Origin: Vicugna vicugna
Taxonomy: Eukaryota
DNA: 64,000 nucleotides
Reading direction: 5' to 3'
NCBI GenBank assembly: GCA_013265495.1
Contig: MU057651.1
Location: 62,001 to 126,000, forward strand
Below the pieces are notes generated by a model. That model was not told the origin of the DNA. It worked only from the letters and a program-made list of their open reading frames with translations, and did not search any database. The position numbers and the translations under genes were made by a program. This document shows positions 51,409 to 64,000 of the stretch, in pieces. Numbering within the stretch: position 1 is the stretch's first letter; each line of letters starts with the position of its first letter.

Positions 51409-51582
51409 GTACTCAATATAATTGTTTCCACTGTACTACCAGTGGCTCTCCAGTGTTAGCACACATCAGAATCTCTCAGGGGAGCATGTTAATAATATAT
51501 GTTTTAGGACCCAGTTGGAAGTGTGCTTGATTCATGTAATCCAGGGAAGGAGACCAAAGCCTACATTGTCAACAAGAGAGAG

Positions 51583-52119
51583 TGTTACTGAGTCCAAGCT
51601 CCTACTGCTCACCACAGGACAGGCCAATACATCAAGAGATGAGATGTTGGGGCAAAGAATAGCGACTTTATTGAGAAAACCAGCCGACCAAGAAGATGGT
51701 GGACTAGTGTCCCAAAGAACTCTTTTACCAGAGTTAGACTTCAGGCTTTTATCCTAAAAGGGGAAAGAGTGTGACTGGTTGTTGCAAGCTTCTTGGTGTG
51801 CACCAGACCCTGGAGGGGGTGTGATAGTCCTTTGTTCTTGTAGCTGTCCAGGTAGATCTGGTCACAACGTTCCTGTAAGCCTCCAACAAGACCAACTCTG
51901 TTCTGCAACTTTTTATCTCTATATAAATGAAAAGTGTTATACTTTTAAAGGTCAAGCCTGGGAGGCAGAACCTTGATAAAGGGCTATTATGTATATTCCA
52001 GGCTATCAGTAACATTCCTTTACAAAGGTACAGAGCCAGCATGACTAAGAACAGGCAACAGGCACAAAGGTAAACCTAAAGTAATAGATCCAATATGGGG
52101 TCAAGTTTTTTCTTCTACA
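51583..52119 (-). mobile_element. ERV1-type solo LTR inserted in a MER5-like MITE
   Basis: TG...CA termini, near-TSD AGAG/ATAG, and minus-strand AATAAA at 51667-51672. MER5-like sequence lies on both sides. Confidence 0.7.
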
Positions 52120-53964
52120 ATAGGAGATTCTAAAGCAGGTAGTCTGTGTGACACACTTTTGAAAATCTCACTAAATTTTATTCATGTTTTAATTTTGCAT
52201 GCCATCTGTCCTCTACTGGGGTCCTTGGGATATGCAAGTCTTTGCCTCTAGAGAAATGAAATGACTTACCTGCTGTTCTTCAGCCAGGAGTAGAACTAGG
52301 GAAAGGACTTGAGGATCCCCACAGAGTCAGAATGGCCATATTGAACATTTATTCAATATTTATAATATGTCAAACATTGTAATAGACATCAAGAGTATAA
52401 GGTTAATAAAGAAACTGTATGTACTATGAGACTAGAACAGTTCTGCAGAGGAGTAATTGCTAACACTGTTAGGAATTTTTTTATCTTACAAAATATTTTA
52501 AACTCTTTCATGTAGGGATAAGATCAAATTTGGGGAATGTTACTCAGTTTTGATCAAAGAAGGTGAATATCTGTGTAATTTTTACACTTCATGTGTGTCT
52601 GTTGCCCTAGTGAGTAGGTCTGCCAAGAATTTTTTCTATGAGAGACTGTGGAGTGTCCTGAGAGAGAAGTCGTCTCCGGAAATAACACAGCAGGCAGAAA
52701 AAGCCAATGTTTTCACCATCTGAAGATTATTCCTATAAATTTTTACTAGTAGGAAAACAACATAATCTTTATTATAGTTAATATAATAAGTGGCTGACTC
52801 TAACTGTTCAAGTCATCATTTTATTTTTTATCATTTATTTTATTAATGAAATCTCTTATTCATGTCTAGACTCAGCACTCTCCACCCAAAAGGAATCATG
52901 TCTGAGTCCCTGTAGAGCTGAGGACCTATAAGTAAAATAAAAGAGGCCTGTTTTTACTAAAACCTTGGTTAAGATGTTATTTCCTGAGGCACATTTATGT
53001 AGTACCCACCTTCATAAGTGTGATAATGATTTCATAGAAATTAGAAAGGCTTTGTCATCTTGAGGACTCCAACACATCAACCTCTGTCAACATAAGGAAA
53101 AAGACAAAAGAGAAGTAACAGTAGTGTCTAGATGACATGGCAGCATTCAGAGGACGGTAGCACTTACTTCTTAGATGCCTGAAATTTTTCCTGGGCACAG
53201 GTTAGATATTCCTCAGCCCTCCTTGAATATCAATGGTGTTTGGGGTTCTGAAAGGGCAGGAGTCTGGGGTAAAGTCCCAGCTAACGAAGTTCACACATAC
53301 AGTACCTCATCTGATCCACTCAGCAGCCCTGGGAGGTAAATAATATTCCCTTTTGACAGATGACAAGGGTGACCCTTTAAAGTAATGTCAGGGTAATGAA
53401 TACTAGGGTTATAATGATAAACAAGAAATTCTAAAAAATAACTTGAAATGCATTTTTGTTCTTTAAACAAGTTTAATTGAAGACACTTTTTTAAAAGGCA
53501 GTTTTTATTTAAAGACACTTTGATTACATTTAATGGTAAAAGTAATAAATACAAATTTGGGGGAAAATACAGCTATCAAAAAGAAAGAAATTAAATCATT
53601 TACAAAAATGACATCTAAAGATAAACATCCAGATTTTAGTATGTATACTTTAAGACTCATTGTTAATATATGTAATATATAAATATATATGCTTTAAAAT
53701 GAAGCAACAATAAATTTATACATTGCTTTCTAACTTTTTTTTTTTACTTTCGAAATGTATAATGAATATCTTTGTATTCAAATAGGGGAAATACCTCTGC
53801 TTATAATGAAAAACATGTTGATTTTGGTCAGAATGCTATATTCAAATAGATGCTGGCGATACTGAAAGTTTTAAAACAACTGAATGAGTAAAATCACATC
53901 AAGAAAAGGCAAAGAAACAGAAAGCAGGGTTGAAAAGTATTAACCTCAAAAGAAACCTCAGTTT

Positions 53965-54305
53965 TCAAGGCATAAGGAAAATTCATCATGGTAGTAATGA
54001 TAAGGGTGATCCTACTAAGGCCAGATGGACTGTACCTTAACTTCATTGCCCGCAGTTTAACTTTGTCATCTCTTCGTTGAACCTTTCCGTATCAACAAGC
54101 CTAAAATTCTGGGAAAGTAGAGCCCAGTCCCCTCCAGTAGTGCCTTCAGGCTTCTGGTTTTCATTCCATCCCACAAGGTGAGATTTTCTCTCTATTCAGC
54201 ACAGAGGCCAATTCCCCTCCTTCTTTTTCCTTTCTTTTTTATTCCTGGGGGGCATTTTCCATGTTGAGATTTTTTTCCCCCTGCTTATCCCACTTTGGAC
54301 TCCAT
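53965..54305 (-). pseudogene. Unprocessed BEX-family pseudogene, most similar to BEX5
   Basis: Reads MESKVG* then MENAPQE*...ELASVLN / NENQKPEGTTGGDWALLSQNFRLVDTERFNEEM / KLRAMKLRYS / DHPYHYYHDEF.LMP*, with two early stops and frameshifts. Retains the acceptor ttctag|GAGTAATG and intron 2. Confidence 0.88.
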
Positions 54306-54646
54306 TACTCCTAGAAGACAAAAGGCAAGTGAAAGGGCTGAATGTTCGAGGGAAAGATCAGCACCGAGGACAGAGGCCCTACTACGCACCTTTCAAGATT
54401 CAGATATCAACGGTTTTTGAAATTCTATTTTACCCACCTGAAAGGACTCGTGCGCCCTCTAGGGCCGCCAGCCACAGCTCCCCTCCCCCACTCTTGCTTC
54501 TCTCTCTTGTCTTCTTTAAAGCTCACCATTTTTTCCTGTACGTAGATCCTTCTCCAGTTCTATTCAGGCACCGAAAGGGAGAATCTGAAGGCGAACCTCA
54601 GACTGAGCTCCTTTCCCGCCCCCAAAACACTGTTCCTTGCATCGAC

Positions 54647-54728
54647 TGCGCCTATCCTTGCCGTCTGCTCCTCCGCCGCCTCATTCTCGCCGCTAGGTTC
54701 GTGGCCCTGACCCGATGACCATCAGATC
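54647..54728 (-). other. Exon-2 (BGW-type) homologue of the BEX pseudogene in a residual CpG-rich region
   Basis: gcctatccttgccgtctgctcctcc...cctgcag aligns with BEX2 exon 2. The donor is weakened to CGCA|gtcgat. Confidence 0.7.
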
Positions 54729-56874
54729 CTGCAGATGGTTGGGGTTTGGGGAAGCGGGGACAGCTGCAGAAAGAACTCAGTGCTGATCCGCGGCCGCTCA
54801 GCCCTTCCTGGACCCGCGCAGCGTCTCCCAGCACCATATATCCCAGCTTTGTCCCTCTTTATCCAACGTCTTTCTCCATAGCCATCCTCAGCCTTTGGTA
54901 TTCCTCCTCTTTTTAAATACACACAGTGGTGGAAGAAGGATGACTATTTAAAATCAAAATTTTACTCTCCATGTCTCTTTGTTTCCTTCTCCTGTGATTC
55001 GTGTCCACACCCTTACTTCCAAAATGTTTTGCACCCAAATGGGCATGGACCATCGGGAGTAGGGGGTGAGTGGAAAGCTTTCCAGCATATACTCGAGTAC
55101 CCATATTCATATACTGGTGACCCCAGGATCACCCAAAATGGACTTCAGGTGAGGAAAGGATGACCAAAAAGCAGGCACTTTTTGAAGGTTCTGCCCTCAG
55201 TCACCAGCCATCTCCCTGCCAGAGTTACCGAAGGCTGCTTCAGTTGGAACACAAACTTACAGCGTTCGGGACCATTGCTTTTCCCACATTTCTTGACCAG
55301 AAGTTTTTCCTCCTCTGCAAAAGGAATCATTGCTAAGAGAATACAAAATACTGGGATTTGGGCCCAGGTAGACTCCCGACAAGTGATGGCCACATCACCA
55401 GGGGAGTTCAGGTCCCCATCCTCCCTCCCACTTAAGCAGGGCAGCGGGAACCCTCAACTCCTTCTTGTCATGTCACCCTGGATCTGGAATGTCTCTTTTC
55501 CTACCTTCGCTTTCAGGAGGCCAGATAAAGTGTTTGGCTTTCTCTAATCATAAGGGAGAGGCAGCATTTTCTCTTGGAGTTATTGTCCATTTAAAATTTT
55601 TGTAGAATTAGCCCTTTTCCTTATTCTAACAGCTCCCTGACCTGCTCTTTCTCCCCGTCTCCACTCCTGCTAACCATTATTTTCCCCTGAAGCCCTTAGC
55701 TGCACCAAAATGGCCAGAAAGCTAGGTATCAGGAAAAGAGGCTGGGAGTGGAAAGTGGAACATCATCTCTCTTCTATGTACTTTTATGTTCCAATTTGTA
55801 AATTTAAAATGCTTTGTTTTTAAATTACAGAAATACAATATTTACATTTTGTGGAGGAAGAGAATGGGTATTTATTCTAAGATTTCTCTTTTCATTGGAG
55901 TGTCTTGTTATTTGGCTAAATTAGCATGTATCAAATAGAAAATATTTTCCATCATAAACAAAGAAAAGAGCAAATTTTTAAAACATGAAAAAAATTTTAA
56001 ACATGCTAATTGTTCACAATCTTTAAGACACACTCTTTGGAGAGAAAAGTAACTTAAAATAAAAAATAAGATTAAATACTAAATAGTAAATCCTTCATAA
56101 CTTGGTCATAATTATGTTTTTCATTTAGGGAATTCTTCTAGTGACATTTCCCAAATAGCTTTTAAAAAACAGGCTAATTAGTTTGAAAATGGTAAACCTA
56201 AATTTTTCTAAAACAAATCAACATTTTACATGTTCAGCAAATGAATCCTGTAGAGCCTAGTAAGTATCTTATTTTTGTCTTGTTTTAGAAAAACGATCTA
56301 TCTTTTCTACATTTGGGCTTCTTTTAATCTTCATAAATACTAATTAGTTCAGTTATGTTCTGTTAGAGGGATGCAGCCTGCTCTGGCCTCTCTACCTTTA
56401 GGAAACTCAGGAGGGGCCTAGCCCTGCAACAGAATTGCTGCCTGCCACTCCACCCCACCCTGGTGGCCCCTCTCCTAGGCTTAGGCCAGTGTTCAAGGAA
56501 CTCTTTCTTACCCACCGACCATATTAATTAACCTAGACCAGATGTTCTCAACCAGGGAAGTTTGTGGACCTCCTGAAAATCAATGCAAATTTGTGCAGGT
56601 TTGGGGTTAGTGGGGTACATGCATTTTTGTGGAAAGACTGTTTGTACCTTAGGAACCTGAGAAAGCCTGATACATGAGCAGGGCAACGTTGTGAGGAAGC
56701 TGAAGCTATGAAGTAAAGACGAGACAAAGGAGGGGGCTATGACAGGAAAGAAGAGTCTGAGACAGAAGCTGAGCCAAGTTAATGGCAGAACACTGCAACG
56801 CTCAGGTCCTGGCTCCTAGAGGTCCATTCAAAACTGGTTGTCAGTTCTTAGAGTCCCTTAAGATCCTAGTCTTT

Positions 56875-57322
56875 TGGTGACTGAAAAAAAAGCAGCACAA
56901 CCTAAAAGCTGAGAATTATGTTTTATTCAGTGAACTTGCTAAGGACTTAACCCTGGAAGAAAGCCTCTCAGATTGCTCTGAGGGACTGCTAAGAAGAGGT
57001 AAGGGAGGAGCCAGGATATACAGGAGTTTTTGCAACAAAAACCTGGTAGTCAGAACATCAAAAGATTACTGTTAATTGGAGAAAAACTGGACATCTCAAG
57101 TTAATGAATTTGGTGCTTTTCTCTGTATGGGAAGATGCAAGAATCTGGGCTCATTTAAATTATTCCTTTAATATGCACCTGAACTATCTAGGGTCATTGT
57201 CCTGCTTTTCTCCATCCTGAGTCTCTTCAGGGTATGCCTTCAGGGCAGCTGCAGTGGCTGTTGGCTTGATGGCTGCAGCATCCTTTGTTTACTGGTGTGG
57301 CAGGTGATATGCTTCATCCACA
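56875..57322 (-). mobile_element. ERV1-type solo LTR (cetartiodactyl family, MER41-like by recall)
   Basis: On the minus strand: TGTGG...cagtaaacaaaggatg..., TATA-like tgtatatcctggctcctccc, AATAAAACATAATTCTCA near the end, terminal CA. Confidence 0.7.
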
Positions 57323-57448
57323 TCTTCTTTATTTTACTGTGTCATCAATTTTCACATACATTTCCATAAATGGAGCCTACCTAGCTGAGCTGGCCTAAGT
57401 CTCTATTCCTTACAACCAATGAGATGAATGGAAACAATAGGTAATCTT

Positions 57449-57612
57449 TGGGAGGAGGGTACAGAACAGTGGTAGAGTGTCTGCTTAGCATCGCACAAGG
57501 GCCTGCAAGATACCCTAACTCATTAAAAAATAATAATTTTTTAAAAATAAAAAATAATAATAAATAAAATAATAAATACATAAATGAATAACCTAATTAC
57601 CTCCCCCCAAAA
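57449..57612 (+). mobile_element. Vic-1-like SINE
   Basis: gggaggagggtacagaacagtggtagagtgtctgcttagcat...AT-rich middle...cctaattacctcccccc. Confidence 0.75.
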
Positions 57613-58308
57613 TATTTTTTAAATCTGTAATAAAATATTTCTTACAAAAATTAACAAAATAACAGTAGTTATCACTGCCTTAAAACTGGTGAAAAGACAT
57701 CAGTAGACTATTGACCAAAGATGACATCTCTGTGGAGAATAAGTTATTCAGCTTCACTAGTATTCAGAATATACAAATTAAAACTTCAAGATACTCTTAT
57801 TCCCCTGTCAAAGTGGGGGATTTTTTAAAAAAAATCATACCGGCAATTTTATATGAGAACATTCGCATGGCCTGTAAGTACACATTGTAAGTCTGTTAAT
57901 TTATCTTGAAGGCCCATTTGGGAATACACATTAAAAAAATGATAAGATTTTTCAGACTTTTAAAAATATTTTGTTAGGAAATAATTATGTTGTGTTCAAA
58001 GATTTTAGTGATGGCTGGGTTTATGATAGCAAAAACAAAGAGGCAACTTAACATTAAACAACAGCGAATTGACTAAATAAATTATTGTTAATTTTAACAT
58101 GATGAAGTATAATAGTTAATAGCATGGAAATATTTAAATTACATTGTTAGCTAGAAACTATAAATAATACAGTGACCCAGTGTAGTAAATATATATAATC
58201 TCCTCCATCCCAGTTATAAGCAGGGTGGCAGGAACTGGAATTCCATTCTCTTCCATCCTGAATCTGGGACGCCTATATTTCAATTTTAAAATTGTATATA
58301 TTTACATA

Positions 58309-59260
58309 CAGTCGTCCCTCTGTTGCCGGTGGATGCAACTGGTATTCCAGGTTCTTGTTCCGTCCCAGAAAGAATTCAGAGACAAGACGAATTCAGAGAC
58401 AAGACGTAGTGATTAAGAAAAGTAAAGTGAGGATTTATTAAAGGAAGGATAATACACTCTCAAGGGGAGAGTGGGCAGGCTCAGGTGGGCGGCTGCCCTG
58501 TGTTTCTGTAGCAAGTTAGTTACATAGGGTGTAAAAATGAATGGGTGGAATATTCACTGGGGAGGAAGGGCTTTTGTCCTTATTTAGTCTGATCGGAAGT
58601 GTCATGGCATCGGTGCATGATGGGTACATCTGATCTGCAAGGCTAATTTTATTGAAATGAGGGCATAATGAGCAGAAGGTTACATCAGACACTGGAAATT
58701 CCTGCCTTTTCTCATCTTTCTTTGTTGGTCTCCAAGCCACTCATCACCCCAAAAGGTGTGACCCCTTATCATCCCAAAGGTTCCTGCTTTTCCGTCTCTG
58801 CCCAGGGCCCCCTGGTGCTTACATGATGTGTGGTTTCCTGTATTTGGCTTGTGCCCCTCCTTTCTGCCCAATTCCTGCCATTTGGTCTGTGTCCCCCTTT
58901 CTCTGCTCATATCTAGCTATCTGCCTGCTCTAACACCTCCATATCCTCAGGGGGATTGGTTCCAGGATCCCTCACTGATACCAAAATCCTCAGATGCTCA
59001 AGTCCCTTACATAAAATGGTGTAGTATTTTCATATAACTTTTCACACATCCTCCTGTATACTTTAAATCATCTCTAGATTACTTACAATACTTAATACAA
59101 TATACATGCTGTAGACCTTATGTAAATGGTTGCCAGCACACCCTCAGAAAAGTCAAGTTTTGTTTTTTAGAACTTTCTGGAATTAGTTTTTTTGAATATT
59201 TTTGATCTGCAGTTGGGTGAATCTGCCAATGTGAAATCCATGGATATGGAAAGCTGACTG
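58309..59260 (+). mobile_element. Tigger-family MITE MER2, interrupted by an LTR
   Basis: TA-CAGTCGTCCCTC...ggattggttccagga...aaatcatctctagattactt...GCTGACTG-TA, with TA TSDs at 58307-58308 and 59261-59262. Confidence 0.88.
58321..58935 (-). mobile_element. ERV solo LTR (615 bp) nested in MER2
   Basis: TGTTG...TAACA termini, perfect 4-bp TSD CCTC (58317-58320, 58936-58939), and minus-strand AATAAA at 58434-58439. Confidence 0.88.
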
Positions 59261-59265
59261 TATGT

Positions 59266-59295
59266 GCTCTCTCTCTCTATATATATATACACATA

Positions 59296-59328
<33 letters not shown>

Positions 59329-59330
59329 GT
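59266..59330. repeat. (CT)n/(TA)n compound microsatellite
   Basis: Seen directly. Confidence 0.85.
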
Positions 59331-61901
59331 ATTTGTATTACATATGGGTGACAACAGTGAGTAAAATGAGTTATCTTAAAATGTGTATTTCATTGTTCTG
59401 TGTATGTAATTCAAGTGAACTGCAGAAAATTTTGAAAATATTATAGACATGAAAATTTTTAGAAACCCAAACTCCCATAAAACATCTAGGTACTTATAAG
59501 TTTAAATACTTTTATATGATTTTCCCCCACTAACATTACAGCTTATGTTAATATGCTGTAAACTGGAGATCTAAATATGTCAGAGGTAAATTTGACTAGG
59601 TGGGATTTCACTTTATATGCTGACTTTAGAATACAGCCCCCACTTAAGATGTAACTCCACAGCACTAACACATCCAATCAGGAATGATAATTGAGAAGAA
59701 AGGTCTGAAAGACACATATATATTTAGGTTGACGACACCTAGAAAGTGCCTAATTAGTGTCTGTTGAATGAACAAGTGGATGAAATGTACGTTTGAGAGT
59801 CATGAAATAAATAAAGTTGATTGTAGGTTTTGAGGATATTCTTTCCTTCTATATGTATTTTTAATTATAACTAGGATAATTTGCACAGTGTTTTATAACC
59901 TGCTTTTAAATAGTAATCACTGCCTTTATTTGCAAAAGCAAAACATTTTCACTGAAAAAACGTCAAGGAACTGTAGATAAATGTCATTTGTCAAGCAAAG
60001 CCAGAAATACAATTCTTTCTTGTTTTATATATATATATATAGCATTGAATTGATAACCATTTTATAATATGCTTAAAATATCATATTATTGCCAACAATA
60101 TTACTTTTTCTAGCAAGAAATTTTCCTAGAAGAAAAGATCTCTCATTGGCTAAAATTTGGAAAGAATTACCTCCTGTTCCATGTATGATTAGTACTGCAG
60201 ATTGACTCAAACTTGGATTGGAAGGAGGCATTGTCAGAGCATGGGGAGGAGAGCCTTGTTTTAATGGATACTAGTCACTAACGGGGCAAGGGAAGCAAAT
60301 GTGAGGTATTCAACCACAAGGATCCCATACCTCCAACAGGCAGTCGAGGCCCTGAATCAACCCTGCTCAGCTACAGAGAAATATATATGTGAAATATGTG
60401 TCATAAAAAAAGATCATACTGTTTGCAGACTATTCTTTATTGTAGAAGTTATGCATACCCACTGAGAAAATATGGAAGAATCTATAAAGAAGTATATAAA
60501 AGAATATATAAATCAACCATAAATGCACCAAACACCCAATCATACCTACTTTTAATATTTGGATGTGTAAATATAAATATCTACTCATATATATTATTTT
60601 TAATGGGACCTTCTGCAGGTTACCATTTGTAACCTGCTTTTTTCATCTACCAATATATTATAAAAACACTTTCATTTCAATAAACATATGAATATCTTTT
60701 ATTTGTCAGCTATTTTATTTCTCTTGCATATTTTCAAAGTTTTAGTTCAATCATTTTTTCTGAATGTTATTAATTAAAGATAAATTTTAAATACATTAAT
60801 GCAACATTTAGAAAGTAAAAGTTCTCTTTATATTGAAAACTCATTTCAAATACAACCTATGGGAATAGTTTAGTATATAATCATTCAAATTTCTAATAGG
60901 ATAGAGAAGTACAGTCAGATGCTACAATAACTTGACACTGGAGATAACATGTTTGGTGATGGGCATGGGGAGAGGGGAAAACATAAGGATGATGTTTAAG
61001 CTCGGGTGCTGAGTAAACAACTGTTATGAGGTGGCATCGAAACACAGCTGAGTCTCCAATGGATTTGGGTTGTGCAGTGAGCTAACCAAATAGGCTCACA
61101 TCAGTAATTCCATTCATCTCTCAATAATACAACCCGGAATTTTACAGGAATGAGTTTTGTAGATCATATTAATCATGCTATGGTAGAATTTCATTATATA
61201 CTATGTTTTAAATACACAAAAATAAATATATGTATGCTGTGACAAAAATGTACTACCACATGTGTTAACTGTCAATTTGCCTTCTTTCTTAACGATATAT
61301 GTTGGACATTTCTTCATCTGAGTAAATACAACTCCACATTAGTATTTTCTCATCACTGCATAGTATTGCATTATTCAACACTCAAATCTTTCTTAAACCA
61401 ATCCCCTTTTAAGAATATTTAGTTTTTTCTTTTTTTAAAAAAATAAAATCTATTACCACGACTACTACAATGACCATATTTAGCATGGGAGTATTTCTGT
61501 ATGATAAATCACTAGAAGACAAATTGATGTGTTCAAAAGCATGTATATTTTAAGGTTTGATACTGCCAAAGCGACCTCCAGATATGCAGTATTTTACTCT
61601 ATTTTTTATTATTTTTTTGCATCTTGCTTGTAATTTTATTTTTTAATTGAGGTGTAAATGACATATAACATTGCACTAGTTTCAGGTGTACAACATAGTG
61701 ATTCAACATTTGTCTATACTGTGAAATGATCACCACAAAAAGTCTAGTTCACATTTGTATACTATTTTACACTCTCAAAGTGCATGTGAATGCCTGTTTT
61801 CCATACCCTCACCAACTCTGAATATCATCAGTATTTTTCATCTTTTCTAATTGTATAGGTGGAAAATTAACTCTCACTTCTGTTCTCAGTAGATTTCATT
61901 T

Positions 61902-62030
61902 TGAGGGGGGAGGGTATAGCTCAAGTGGTAGAGCACTTAGCATGCATAAGGTCCTGGGCTCAATCCCCAGTAGCTCCTTCAAAAATAAATCAATAAATAA
62001 ACCTAATTACCTCCCACCACCAAAAAAAAA
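61902..62030 (+). mobile_element. Vic-1-like SINE
   Basis: GGGGGGAGGGTATAGCTCAAGTGGTAGAGC...GGTCCTGGGCTCAATCCCCAGT...AAACCTAATTACCTCCC plus A-tail. Confidence 0.88.
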
Positions 62031-62519
62031 TTTTCAAAAGAAATAGAAAAACAGATCTTACTTTAATTCTATGATATTGTTGTTACAGAATTAAATTAAC
62101 TTGTTCCTCATTGTAAGACATTTAATTTCCTTCTTAATTGTTCCTATTATAAAGAATTGTGTTGAATATCCTAATAGTCATTTTCCACTTCTAAATGGTA
62201 CATACCATTGGTGCACTTTGAATTGTTTTAACAGAATTACAAAGTTTACTTTCTCTCACCTGTAGCAAACTCATCTGGGAGAATTGTTGCTTTATGAGAG
62301 AATGTGTGCACACATGTGTGAATTGTAGGTGCAATGTGTACATGCTTGGCTGCACATCTGCTGTTTCCTAGAACAATTCTCTTTCCTTCATCGCTGCTTT
62401 TCACCTGTGGCTTCTCTTTGTATATTTAGGTCCTAGTCAAAGAACTGATGCCAGGAATTCAGGTCTACAAATAAACCGTGTGGTTGTAAATCATTGTAAC
62501 TACTGTTAAATATTTTCTC

Positions 62520-63025
62520 AGGGTGAATACCCAAGAATGGATTTACAAGCTCAAAAGGGAATGCATATTTTAAATACTTTGCAATTGCCTAAGTACTATC
62601 CAGAAAGGTCGACCAATTCACATTCCATAACCTGGAAACAAGTGAGAAAGTCCTTGGGGGTAGCGCAGAACATGTCAAAAAGTGTTTGCCCTGAACCTGC
62701 TTTCAGACAAGAGCACGTCAATAGACATAAACACCAGTAAGGAGGAGCAAGTGGACTTGACCCACCAGGGCAACAGGAGACAGGCCAGGTAATGGTAAGG
62801 AAGACCCAGGGCCTAGGGTCAGTCAGACTGGTCTCCTCTTTCCTTCCCACCCTCCATCTAGGTCCTGCCCACCTTCTGAAGCCCAAGTCAAGGTCTTTTA
62901 CTTCCATGAGGCTTCCTCTGATTACATCAGGCTAACTGGCGTTTGCCTCCTCTGAGCTCCTGTTGGCCTGGCAGTCCACCCTTTCCTTTAGCTCTTTCTC
63001 CAGATGGCCTCATGTGAAAGGGGCC
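62520..63025 (+). repeat. Ancient duplicated non-coding block, copy 2 (paralogous to 22085-22600)
   Basis: Collinear matches: agacaggccag, cagtcaga, taggtcctgcc, gtcaag, caccctttcctttagct, tggcctcatgtgaa. Confidence 0.85.
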
Positions 63026-64000
63026 CTTCCTCTCCAGCTAGATCATCTATTCCAATCCTAGGGTAATCCCACAGGGGATGTGGCTCACTCTCAGGAGGAT
63101 AGACCTGGAGAAGAGGCAGGAGCAAGCCTTGGATTGGGGTCCCAGGTCCTTTGTGCAGGGTGTTCTAGGGTCCTGGGAGTCCAGAATGTGGTGCAGAAGG
63201 ATGGAAGTGAAAGTTCCAAGTCAGCACATCTTCTTGCCTCACTGACCCCTCAGTACCTGGGGAGAGAGCATCCAGAGGACCAAACACTGACCCTTCTAAA
63301 AGTGGGGCCTTGGGTGGAGGACTTTTCTGCTCAGATCTAAGGAGATAATTGCTTTGTGCATGGTGCTTAAACCCTCTGTTTAGCTTTTTTCATATATAAA
63401 ATGGATATGACAATAGTTCCTTGCAGTTGTTGTTGGTAGTATACAATCAGATAACGGCAGCAGAGCACCTCTCCCTTTTCAGGACCTTCTAAGCATTTCT
63501 GGAACCCTTTCCATTAAGCTGGAGAAAAGCAACTGCTAATCAGGATGCTTCAACCTTTTTAAGGACAATGTATTCAAATGTTTTTCTAATCACATGCTTC
63601 TTTCTATGGTCCTGAGAGCTGGCCCGAGCTCTCCTGTTTTAGAGGTAAAGCCAGGACAGGGAGAGCAACTTACTAAGTGTCCCAGAGTCAGTTCTAGGTC
63701 GGGCACTGGGACTAACACCACCTCCTGTCTTTCACACCAGTGTTCTGTCCAGCAGACCCAAATCATTATATCTTGGGTTTTCTGGTGCTCAGATACACAT
63801 GCTTCCCAGAAGATAGAACATGGTGATAGAAGAGCAAGTGAAATAAAACAACATGGGGTGAGAGTTTTTTTCCTTTCCACATAATCCATTGAGCTCTTTA
63901 TTCTGCCTCACAAAGGGGCACCAAAACTTATACAAAACAAAAATAAATGTTTATGCCTCTTCCTGTTATTTTTCAAATTTTACCCTCAGAACTATGTGGT

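Overview
Mammalian genomic DNA, almost certainly a camelid judging by several Vic-1-type tRNA-derived SINEs, from the X-linked BEX/TCEAL cluster. There are two intact three-exon genes in divergent orientation, each with the whole CDS in exon 3: BEX2 (minus strand, CDS 15127-15513, 128 aa) and TCEAL7 (plus strand, CDS 30244-30546, 100 aa). A decayed BEX5-like pseudogene that keeps its introns lies at about 53.7-55.5 kb (minus). A processed PAPOLA pseudogene at 42.1-43.3 kb (plus) copies a truncated, intronically polyadenylated transcript. The rest is mostly LINE-1 of several ages, plus MaLR/ERV LTRs, hAT and Tigger MITEs, MIR and SINEs. Collinear non-coding matches (12.4 kb with 48.8 kb, 14.3 kb with 53.0 kb, BEX2 with the pseudogene, 22.1-22.6 kb with 62.5-63.0 kb) indicate two copies of an ancient BEX(-)/TCEAL(+) unit about 36-40 kb apart. 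Unusual retrotransposition products include an L1 with a foreign 3' end, two L1s stacked at one target site with matching 5' truncation, and a tail-less SINE. I found no evidence of a wholly new biological system. Family and subfamily names come from recalled sequences, not from database searches.
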